64,000 bases of DNA. It comes from Pocillopora damicornis (lineage: Eukaryota). The first letter of the stretch is position 1; the number at the start of each line of letters is the position of its first letter. Position numbers and translations under genes: made by a program. Shown here piece after piece: positions 24,414 to 35,900 of this stretch. Where the stretch lies: NCBI RefSeq assembly GCF_003704095.1, contig NW_020847627.1, positions 1 through 64,000 on the forward strand. Reading direction: 5' to 3'. Below the pieces are notes generated by a model. It saw only the letters and a list, made by a program, of their open reading frames with translations. It was not told where the DNA came from and made no database searches.

Positions 24414-27400
24414 CTGGTCATAAGTGAAACATAAATTACGATTCATTGATAGCTATTTCTAAACCTCGTTCGCCGTCTCGTGTTTTTTTTTTCCTCATAT
24501 CGACTTCTAGCTTGTTATTGCTGACTGGACTGTGAGGGAAACATATGGTCAAATGGGTCATGCCTGATGTGAGAATATGTTTTAAAAGAAAATAAATGTT
24601 TTAAAACATACGTATTAATCGCTCAGCCAAATAAAGCATATAAAACAACTTCGTAACGCACTTACTGCATGTTCGAAAGTTGATCGGTCAGGTTGCGGAA
24701 TTCCATGCCTTGGTCTTTTTCCCTCTGCTTCTCTATCTGCTGCTTGTACCAGTTCACTGTTTGTACTTCCACTGTGGCCTGAAGTTTCAGGATCCGGTTT
24801 CTAGGTTGCTTATGGGTTTCTTTCATTTGTGTGCCAATGTCAGACAGTTTTATGTGACGCCCTGAAGTATCGCTTTGTTCTTGGTTCTTCTTTTGCCGTT
24901 TCGTTCTCCTTTTATTCGCTTCCATAACATCCCAGTCTTATTGATCAGTTTCTTTGCGACACANNNNNNNNNNNNNNNNNNNNNNNNNNNNNNNNNNNNN
25001 NNNNNNNNNNNNNNNNNNNNNNNNNNNNNNNNNNNNNNNNNNNNNNNNNNNNNNNNNNNNNNNTTCCAGACATACGACTCATGGTGCGGCGAGGCGTACG
25101 AGGCATACGAAACATAGAGGCAAACTATAGAAAAAAATTTTATTCAGATAAAAGGCAGTCTCTGACTGCATGTGCCTACTTTTGAATAGTTGTAGAGTAT
25201 GGCAGAAAAAACACTCTGGTGTAAAATGCAGACGGGTCAGAATGAACACCTCTTGTTATTGCTAAATTGCGACCAAAAGAGCACTTGGTTATGACAGAGT
25301 TTGTGCACTAATCGACTAACCCGCCGGATATAGGACAGGAAATTAATAAAGTAGGTACATGTATTAACTGTGCACAAGAGATTATAAACTGAGAATTTTA
25401 CAGTTTCTTGATGCGCATTAAATGAATTTTTAAACAAAACTTCACAGCTTCGTACGCTCTGCGTACCTAGCGCAATGTTCGTACCTTCTCCTTCAGGTTT
25501 GAGCCTTGGCCACGTTAACTTATTTTTGTTTTTCTTTTCCTTTTTTCTTTCTTTTTTTTAATCGACATTCTTCTTCAAGGATATGTTAGACGTGTTCAAA
25601 GTAAAATGCACATGTGAGAACAGTTTGACGACGAAGCGGTCACGTTCAAATCGATAACAAGTCGAAATTCAGAGGTGAGACCCTGAACAAACATCGAAGT
25701 AAACCCGACAAAACCAAAAATGAATCCAAAGAAACCCAATCAGATTCGTTCAACGATGGCCAGAGTTGGAGCTGGTCCAGATCACAAGAGTCGTTACGAG
25801 TGCCTCACGATAGTGCGCCATTTTGAAAACCGTGAGGTGTTTTAAGGAAGGTTTACAGACTTACACGACACCGTAACATAGTTCCTACCACAGGCCAACT
25901 GAAACGAATGTAATAACAACGCAAAAACACGTCCTTGATATTATCATTAAAAACCTACTAGAGGTTTCTTTGTAACTAAAAGAACATGGCTATTTTATCA
26001 TATTTTGCTAACCCATCTGGATTACAGCTATTCTACAAATCTGTCTCAATGCCGATGCAATAATAACTACTTAATTATGAAATATGAACGTAGATGCCTC
26101 ATCAATGTTGCACAATGCTGCAAAATCCTCTTAAGCTGATTTACAGAAGACAAAAGCCCCAAAAAGAACAAGCGATAAGGATGTTTGATTCCCACAACAA
26201 AGACTGTAAAAGGATCGAGTCTAAAAAAAGACACACACCCAAGAACACGTCGAGTGATTCACGGAGTCGAAGCGAGAGAGAAAATTCATTTAAGGAGGGG
26301 AGAGAAAGTAAAAAATTGTTTGTTCGACCTACGCTCTTTTGCTTCCACTAAATATTGGCGGCCGCGATTTCAACGTCACATGACGAAGGTTATTCTGTAG
26401 GCTTTTTCCAGTAGCAAAACGATACTAAGCCATAGCATTCTTCAAATATCTTAATCTAAAAAAAAATTATATAAAAGGCATTTTGCGATGGCTCGCATGT
26501 ATCGCATGCCTCGCCGACTCTCAATTTGTAACAACCTCATATTAATATGCTCAATTCTGGCCATTGTACGCAGTAAGTGAATTCATACTGACCTACGCTT
26601 TTCTCTGTTTCTGGGACTGACCGCGTGACTCGGACGATTGAGAGTGGGGACGTTACCTGTTGACGAAGAAAGTCAGGATTTTAAGGTTAAACAACATCGC
26701 ATTGACAAGTCATGTTAGGTGATTGTCCAGAAAAGCAGCAATTGACACAAGTTAACTCAATGATGGTCAAAAGGGAATTCACGCGGCCATCACTGTTATT
26801 TCGTTTCTTTTTCCAAGTTTTCCCATAGACAGAAGCAATACCACAATGCGAAAAGAGAGGAAGGTCGACGAGGGTAAAAGACTTCACAGATGGCACGACA
26901 TGGGCGCAAACCGAAATCACCAGCGACTTCAACCGATGATAGATGCGATGACACCTGAGAAACCTCATATGTGTCAAACACAATCGGACGATTGGTGGAC
27001 ATGTCACGCTAGATAGATATTTGGCGTGACATGTTAGCACTATAGTTTGCTTGCGGTCGTTAATTTCCTTAGAGCTGCATTATGCGACACGGCCAGCTGA
27101 AAAGTCAACCTATACCGTTTACGTTGTTTCAGAATTTGAGGTCCTTTTTCGACATGTTCCCTGATCCTAAACGCCTCGTTACGTATCCTCCACCCTAAAG
27201 ATGTTGCGCGGCTGGTTGACTTATTATTTTCGTTGTCACTCAGCCGTGGCATTTCATTTCGTACGTGATTGTATGTGATTTTTGTGTGTGTTTTTTTTGT
27301 ATGTGTTTTTTTTGTATGTGTTTTTGGTGTTTTCTTTCGGAACCAGTTCAACGACTGAGTCTATCAACACGGTTTCAACATTTACTTTTTTCAAGTCCTG

Positions 27401-28920
27401 TGTCCTCTTCCTTCGCTGTGAAGTGCCAACAAGTTAGTTGTAATCTTGTTTTCGTAATAAGCCAGATAATAATACAAGGCTCGTGAGACGCCTGTCAATT
27501 TCTCGTTGTAATTGCATGAATTCTTTCTAAAGGGTTAATTGACCTCGCGGCTTTTGTGTCAATAAGCGGTATATGACTGTTGACGCTCACGGAATAATTA
27601 TCTTCAAACCAGAAAATCTTGAATCAACCTGAGCCATCAAAGCTGTAATCATCCACAACGCGGACCAGAATTATCACACAGGCGGAAGAATCTTTATAAA
27701 TGAGGTGAGCACAATAAACTGAACACTTCTTACTCAAGGTTACTTGTCGTCGTGCAGTCTCATATCTGCCGTAAGATCGAAACATAACCCTGTTGGCTCT
27801 GAGACGAAAACGAAGTAGTCGAGCAGGATTAAAAATGGAAATGTTTAACCTTTCTTCCTAGAGCTAACTTAAGAGATGCACACCAAGATTACACGTATGC
27901 TTTCAGTGATCAGAACCACAAAATTGTTATTTCCGATTTTTCTTTTGTAAATGGAGCGAGTGCATATTGTTATATGTGCTGGCAAACTCATTGTACAGAA
28001 CACAAGCTACTTTTACTGAAGCTGTAATTTTATTGTTTGCCAAGGTATGCAGCCCTCGGCCCTCAGTTATTCCACTGATCTAGAAGGGCAGCGAAATGAC
28101 AACCAAACGGCTTCAGTGACTCATACCACTCATTTAGTAGCCTGCAGGGCTAAACTGCAGAATACCCTGCCACTCATTTACGTGTCATTGAATAGGAATA
28201 GCGTCTATTGTGTTATGTCTCGTCCTTGTAAGCTTCACGTCACATGTAAATGAGATGAACCAAAGTGGCAGGGTATTCTGCGGTTACTCCGCCTGCAGTG
28301 CAGGCGTCTTATTATGGCGAGCTGACGTTATAAGCTAGCGATCGTTTATCCGACCGGCCATGTTTTATTTCTTTAATTTCTCTCACTCGCATTTCTTTGC
28401 AATTTAAGTCANNNNNNNNNNNNNNNNNNNNNNNNNNNNNNNNNNNNNNNNNNNNNNNNNNNNNNNNNNNNNNNNNNNNNNNNNNNNNNNNNNNNNNNNN
28501 NNNNNNNNNNNCGCCTGTGTGATAATCCTGGTCCGCGTTGTAGATGATTACAGCTTTGATGGCTCAGGTTGATCTAAGATTTCCTAGTTTTGAAGATAAT
28601 TATGCCGTGAGCGTCAACAGTCAGATACTGCTCATTGACACAAAGCCGCGAGGTCAATTAACTCTTCAAAAAGAATTCATTGACAGGCTTCTAACAAGCC
28701 TTGTATTATTATTCAAATGTGTCCCTCTGGCTTATTGCATACGAAAACAATATTACAACTAAATTGTTAGCACTTCACAGCGAAGGAAGAGGACACAGGA
28801 CTTAAAAAAAGTAAATGTTGAAACCGTGTTGATAGACTCAGTCCCTGTACTGGTTCCGAAAGAAAACACCAATAGCCAAAAACACATACAATCACAACGA
28901 CATGAAATTCCAAATACCTC

Positions 28921-29000
28921 AAGTCGCCTTAAGTCGCCTTAAGTCGCCTTACGTCGCCTAAAGTCATCTAAAGTCACCCTAAGTCTCCTTAAGTTTCCGT
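28921..29000 (+). repeat. Tandem 10-mer (AAGTCGCCTT) x8, degenerating toward the 3' end
   Basis: Read directly. An inverted unit GGCGACTTAAGG at 29074-29085 suggests subterminal repeats of a small transposon remnant. Confidence 0.85.
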
Positions 29001-30280
29001 GGGTTGCTATTGGTTACGCAATGTCATAAGGGTTCCACCCTTCCCAATTGAACCTATCCACTCCACTCCAATCGGCGACTTAAGGTCCCAGGGTAGGCCT
29101 AAAGAGCGCAGTTTGGACAAACAAATTTTTTACTTTCTCTCCCCTCCTTAAATGAATTTTCTCTCTGGCTTCGACTCCGTGAATCACTCGACGTGTTCTT
29201 GGCTGGTGTGTCTTTTTTTAGACTCGATCCTTTTACAGTCTTTGTTGTGGGAATCAAATATCCTTATCGCTTGTTCTTTTTGGGGCTTTTGTCTTTTGTT
29301 AATCGGCTTAAGAGGATCTTGCAGCATTGTGCAACATTGATGAGGCATATACGTTCATTTTTCATAATTTAGTAGTAAGTATTACATTGGCATTGAGACA
29401 GATTTGTAGAATAGCTGTAATCCAGATGGGTTAGCAAAATATGATAAAATAGCCATGTTTTTTTAGTTACAAAGAAATCCCAAGTAGGTTTTTAATGGTA
29501 ATATTAAGGACGTGTTTTTGCGTTGTTATTATATTCGTTGCAGTTGTGGTAGGAACTATGTTAGCTGTTCATTCTGACCCGTCTGCATTTTACACCAGAA
29601 TGTTTTTACTGCAATACTCTACAACTATTCAACAGAAGGCACATGCAGTCAGAGACTGCCTTTAACTGAGTACAATTTTTTTTCTATAGTTTGTCTCTGT
29701 TTCGCATGCCTCGCACGCCTCGCCGCACCATGAGTCGCCTGCCTGGCATGCGTAATGGCAAGACTCATTAATGAGATCCTGTGGCGAGCAATTCAAGCTT
29801 GAAAGCTTAGTGAAACCGCCACAATTAGAGAAAAAAGTAATATAGTAATTTCGCAGTACTTGAAGTAACCTTTGCTAAAATAGTGAAACAGATTTTCCTT
29901 TATTATCATACCTTAGGAAGATTGAAGAAGAAGCAGCAGTAGACTTTCCAAAATTGGCCTTTTTGGGAACTTTTAGTATGAGAGGAGACATTGATTCGGT
30001 CTCACTTTTCTTCAAAAATCATTGCACTCATTACTGAAGCAGCTTACTAAAGATACACGTCTTCTCTGCGTATGGGCGTTTTTGTGTTCTTATTGAAGGA
30101 CAAAAAGTTGTAAACTTGAAGGATTGAAATCTTAACAATGGTTGCCATGATCGAAAAATGCAGTCACTTGCAGCTGTAACTAATAGTCTATAACCTGACA
30201 TGTAATTGAACACGCGTAAATCTAAAAGAGAACTTGTAGATTGCGCTTGAAAAGAAAGAAGCATGAATCCAAATGCGAAA

Positions 30281-30830
30281 ATGGCGGAGGGAAATGTTGA
30301 AATGTTTGGACCAGGAGCTCCCTTCAGAGCTCAAAGAACTCCTGCTCAGAACTTTAATCCTTCAAATGGTTGATGGTGACGATCATACCTTTTCAACGGG
30401 ATCTTTTGTGAGAATGGAAGAGGACAGAGAGGAGTTATAAGAACTGAGTCGGCTATAGTTCAAGCTAACGATCAAGCGATCGTTTTGAAGAATCTGCCTT
30501 CGATTGTGTCGCAAAGAAACTGATCTATAAGACTGGGATATTCTGGAAGCAAATAAAAGGAGAACGAAACGGCAAAAGGAGAACCAAGAACAAAGCCGAT
30601 ACTTGGACAATGCTTTTGCTGTATTCCCAAGAAATTGATCACAAAAAACTATCTGACATTGACACACAAATGAAAGAAACCCATAAGCAACCTCGAAACC
30701 AGATCCTGAAACTTCAGGCCACAGTGAAAGGGCAAGCAGTGAACTTGTATAAGCAGCAGAAAGAGTAGCAGAGGGAAAAACACTAAGACATGGATTTCCG
30801 CAACCTGATCGATCAACTTTCGAACATGCA
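30281..30830 (+). pseudogene. Decayed first exon encoding a predicted coiled-coil protein; mirror copy at 24667-24960 (-)
   Basis: AAAATGGCGG start (MAEGNVEMFGPGAP...), then a Q/E/K-rich helical stretch (LSDIDTQMKETHKQPRNQILKLQATV...) with stops, ending at a GTAAGT donor; lies about 1 kb upstream of a DD3 pseudo-exon. Confidence 0.45.
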
Positions 30831-31855
30831 GTAAGTGCGTTACGAAGTTGTTTTCTATGCTTTATTTGGCTGAGCGATTAATACGTTTATTTTGTTTTAA
30901 AACAATTTCTTTTTGTGTCGTCCATTTCTGTCTGTAATCATGCTCATGATTGTCAAATCAGACTTACGCTTCGCGGCCGCTCAATTTTGTTAATCACTCG
31001 TATGATTACAGACCGAATTGGACTCAACTCGGTCCTATTACCATTACTAGCAGAATGGAAGTTTCCTGAAGTCTCGCCGGTCTTCAAGTGCTTGAATTTT
31101 TATTGATTTTGTTGTTGATGTTCATCGTTCCCGTAAATTTGTTGTCAGTAAAGCAAAGATTTCCTTCACTAAAAATTTCCACAATTTATGGGAATTATTT
31201 TTACCCATTGAATAGTGCCTGTCTAAAAAAAGGTGAAAATCGTCGGGGATGATAAGGGAAAAAAGAGAAAGGAAATCTTGTCCCAGCCCCAGGAGTAAAA
31301 ACACATGCACTACAGAACGAGCAGGCCAGGGGCCCGTTTCTCAAAGGTCCCGGAAACTTAAAGCTAACAAGCCCATTGAGCTGTTTTGTTTTCATTCAAG
31401 ATGGGGGTTTCAAAAGTTTTGAAAATTATACAATAAAACTGTAAGGTAGAGAAGCAAAATGGATTAGTTGGAATGCCAGAACCAGTGTCTCTATTTTTAA
31501 AATTTTGATTGTTTTAAATTATGCCTTCGGGCCCGTTAAGCTACCAGAAATTTCGAGAAACGGGTCTCTGGTTTGACTGCTGATTTGGTTTTTCGAGCTT
31601 CTTCCTCCCTCCATTGTAAAGCATCTTATTCTTTCTTGGTCGGCAACTATGACGTATGGTCGGAAGGAAAAAAAGAAAGGAAAATACTTATCTATGAAAC
31701 AACATCAGGTATGATCCATTTGACCATATGTTTCCCTCACAGTTCAGTCAGCAATAACAAGCTAGAAGTCGATACGAGGAAAAAAAACACGAGACGGCGA
31801 ACGAGGTTTAGAAATAGCTATCAATGAATCGTAATTTATGTTCACTTATGACCAG

Positions 31856-32198
31856 GTACTACGCCACCTAGAGTTCCTGAGCCGGCTGATGATTGCATAA
31901 CTAAGAACGTCGTCACCATTCTGCCGTACAAAGTGTGGAGAGAATTGATCATTAAATTAGATCCCTTGCGCCAATTAGGAGGAGATTACAAAGATCTCAC
32001 CAGTGAAATGGGATATGACGTGGAGAAAATCTTGTATTTCCAATCGGGAAAGATCTAACAGAGGCCCAACTCATTGACTGCGCAAACTCAGTCTCAATTG
32101 ACAAACTTTGTAACAAGCTGAAGGCGATTGGAAGATCTGATGCAAGGAAAGTGCTTGATGAATGGATCAAGTGACGGAACTGCGAATGTGCAACCTGC
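31856..32198 (+). pseudogene. DD3 exon pseudogene
   Basis: TTPPRVPEPADDCITKNVVTILPYKVWRELIIKLDPLRQLGGDYKDL..., 1-nt deletion near 32045, ends DEWIK*RNCECATC. Confidence 0.88.
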
Positions 32199-32902
32199 AT
32201 CAGCTGGAGCCACTATGCGCACGCCAACAAGTATTTCTTTTTTAAGGAGGGAGGGGGTGGGGGTGGGAATGTCATAAAAAGAAAAAAATTCCAGCGAGCA
32301 ACTCAGGAGTAGAGCTTTTATTTAAATAAACAAGTTGTTTGGGCTGAAGATTTCAATTACTCGTCACCAATTTTTGTGAATATTATTTCAGAAAATTTAG
32401 CTTTTCACTTGTTTCTTTAGGTAAGCAGTTTCGTTATTTGATTTTAATGATTCATGGAGACCATGACCCGAATGCAGCTCTTTAGTGAACATACTATTGT
32501 GACAGGTAGGTTTGGAAACCTGCTTGAAACTTGTTTGCATTGTTACCACTCAGTAGAGACCCGAGTTAAAACCGGATTCTTACATGTTTTGAGATCTTGT
32601 ACAGTTCGACAACCTGATGAGGCACCAAAGAAAAGACACAAGCTGTTCCAACAGCTTGCAGAGTTCAGTGACACGAAGTAGAGTTTAGTGACATGAAAGT
32701 AAATAAGTACGTAACCGAATAATAATACGATGGAAGCGCATTAAAGAAACGTTAAAATCAAGGATTGCGTAGCTGCAGTTGGGGACTATCCCTTCCTTTC
32801 ACCCCAAAAACTTGTCACCCCTTCAAAATCGTGCTCCTCACACAGAGGCCTGGAAACAAGGATAGTTGTCAGTTCACTTCGTCCAAAGAGAGGAAGGCAG
32901 AA

Positions 32903-35900
32903 ATGACTTCCCAGAGGAACGAACAAGAGAACTTGCGGACTTCGATTTTCTCGATCGAATTATCTAAAGGTCCGCGCTCTCCTCCTATGAGGAAAGGAAC
33001 AGCCTTCACAGTGAAACTGGATGGATCATTTTCAACCTATTTGATGACTAGTTGCTCAGTGGTTGAACGAAGTGGAGCAACTTCCTCAAGCCGGCTAACT
33101 TGTAAGCGATTTGGTCAGTCTCTTCCGGAGGAGAAACATCCTATAAACCCAGATTCAGCAGAATCTACAAAAATGGAAGAATTCTGCTTTATTCCTTACG
33201 AATCGCCTTCGAACTTAAAATTAATCAGCGCCGATAAGCTGTGCAAAGAGGGAGAAATGATGACGCGGAAGTCTACTTGCAAATCATTTACATTCTTAGG
33301 AAATTCCTTCACCATCATGACTTGGGAATTCAAAAATGATGAAGAGACTTATGTTTTAACCGGAATTGATTCTGATGTGGAGCTTGTTGCGAGTTCTTGC
33401 AGGGGATCGCCTGTAGTTTCCATCGACGATCTACGGACGGTTATTGGAGTGGTGACCTGCTCGTCAAACGGAGACCTTGAATTGCTCTTCCTCGAAGCAA
33501 ACTCTCTACGTGAAATAGAAGGTAGGGATGTGCTTTAATGTAATTCTTAATGTTAATTCTTAGGGAAAATCCCCCTTTGAAATTTCCTGTGAGGTCTTCA
33601 GTGACAATGAAATATATGGTTTGAATTTTTTGGTTCCTTCGACTTCAATCCATCCTCCCCAGTCAGTGTGATGCTTGGCTGGCTGGCGGCGAAGGTACGT
33701 TAGTTGTAAACTTACGGTCGTTCTTTGACTTTTGTATGCAACCACATTAATCGAGAACAGGGAGTCACACTTATCTGAAGGCTTCTCTCAAAATGGTTCA
33801 GGTAGCGGTACAAAATTTTCGCCTACTTGCAGGGAAAAACAAATGCAACATAAGTTATGGTTAAAAGCAACTGGAACGAATAAAGTTTTGAAGTTAAGTA
33901 GCCTACTTAAAAACTATCTAGTGTTTGGCTAATAAATTTACAATATTGGGATAATTTTATCAAAACTTATCAAAACCATGCTGACTTTATCGATGATTAT
34001 CATTCTAGGACAACTTAAAGCCAGATGTTCAGATGACAGTGGAATTGATGTTGCAGACTCTCCCTTAATTGTACGTGGTCCACCATCATCTGCGTCTGCC
34101 CGTCATCAACGAAATACACATCCAGGTACAGTTTTCGCTGTGCTAGTAGAGCTAAGTTTACGATCACACACTTAATGAATTCAGTGAATAATTTTAGTTA
34201 AGCTATACTGAAAAAGGTCAATATCACGGAAGGAAAACGACAATATATGTATATATATATACATGTTAATTCGTCCAAATATACTCCAGTTATTTACGTA
34301 AATATGACCAGTTCAGTTGGGCCTAAATAATTATTCTCCTCCCTGAGCCTTTTTACAGTCTTTACCCTGGGAAGTAGTATTTCATTGCGAGTTTTATTGA
34401 GCTAGACAAATAACACTCTGGGATCTATTCGTAAACAGAAACCAAAGCAGAGAGAAGTTTTTTTTATTTTGATTGTATTGAAAGATGTTAAGATTGATTT
34501 TAACGCTGAGATAGTAGATTTAGATGACATTAAATGTTGGTAGAGTGCCTAAAGAAAGTTTACAGATCACTCTTCTTTTGCTTTTGGCTTACAAGATCTT
34601 CGAGATGTGTACTTATGCAGCAACATAAGGCAGTTTAATTGATATGAAGTGCATACAAATGCTTTGGGTTTGTAGATGTACAAAAAGATAGCTTTTTGAC
34701 CAATCAGACTGTACATGATACCTTATCTATATTGTAAATGCTTACACATCAAGATGACTATCAAAATATTGAAGCTTATATCTGCAATTAGACCTATAGG
34801 GGTATTAAAATGAAACTTGATTTTTAATATCACATTTAATTTGTGGCAACCCAGCAAACAGAAATCTTAATTTCCCTTTAGTGTGCAAAATAGTTTTCAG
34901 ATCTGATATTTTAAAAATACAAGGACTGTGGTGGTTCAGATTTGTTAACAGTGAATAATATTCTTACAATAATATTCTTGTTACAGTAAATATGTGTCAT
35001 AGCATTCAGGAACAATATTCATGCTCAAATGCTACATTCTTGTGAATAAATTGTGCTTGCTTGATTTGAAGGAAACCTGGTAGTTAATTTCTAGCACCCA
35101 TGTAATTGTTCTTAGTAATTTAAACTTAGTAATTACTGTCTTTTTACATACCAATACACAGAAGATACTGGAACTAATGCCCAAACATCATCTGAAGGTT
35201 TAGAAAAACGTCTATCACATGTGTCAGTTCAGGGTAAGAATTTCACATGTATTTCTTACTAGGACACTGATCCTCCATTAGAGATTTTTTCAACTGAGCT
35301 ACCTGCAGATTTAGCAATTTGGTAGTGTTTGATCTGTATGCATTTCTTAGAAGAAGGCTGGTCTTTCATCACAGATTTTCTGTAACTGTGCTACCTGCTG
35401 ATTTATTTAGCATATAAGTGGTGGTATTTGATCTGTTCCCCTTTTAGGATTTGAATAGGTCACAGAGAACCTGGAAAGTCTCAGAATTTCATTGTATTAT
35501 CAACTAGGCTTGGGAAGTCATGGAATTGCAGTTTTGGTCATGGAATATCAAGGGAAATGTCTTTCTGTGAACTTCAAATTTTGTCTATGGAAATCCTTTA
35601 CTTTGTACAATTGTTGTCACTCCCCTGACACTTATTGAAAGCAAGGTTTTCCTGTAGCTGAATAATTAAATAAATGATACAATTAATTTAACACAGGATT
35701 TTCTTGACATCTAGAGACAACTCCACATACAACACAGACTTCCTCCCATGAAAGTAAACCTGAAAAGATCAGATGCATTTGGGATGAACAGGTGTCATCT
35801 TTGAAATCTTCTCAAGATTTGATGAATGATTTGAAGTTACATCTGGACCCAAAGAGGGATCTTGGTGGAGATTATTGTTCATTAGCAAGTGCATTTGGAA

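Larger units (their letters stand above)
23600..32725. repeat. Apparent inverted duplication 2: arms about 23600-27440 and 28760-32725, with several indels
   Basis: Mirror blocks: 23600-24570 vs 31700-32725; 24570-24960 vs 30500-30910; 25070-25248 vs 29570-29745; 25875-26330 vs 29120-29562; 27260-27440 vs 28760-28900. The centre contains the gap 28412-28511. Confidence 0.85.

Noticed and set aside
25249-27260. Segments unique to the left arm, with short ORFs (e.g. 26687-27040, 27040-27351)
   Set aside because: No recognisable domain or consistent splice structure; 27283-27330 is a simple TG/T-rich repeat.
28921-29000. Regular short repeats as a CRISPR-like array
   Set aside because: Head-to-tail 10-mers with no spacers in a eukaryotic context; a minisatellite.
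32172-32174. In-frame TGA before CxCxxC as possible selenocysteine
   Set aside because: The exon is already frameshifted upstream, the homologous codon is TCA (Ser) in the 15106 and 23117 remnants, and no SECIS was recognised.
32765-32902. N-terminal extension of the protease-fold ORF from a TTG start
   Set aside because: Prokaryote-style start call; the first ATG in good context (GAAATGA) is at 32903.
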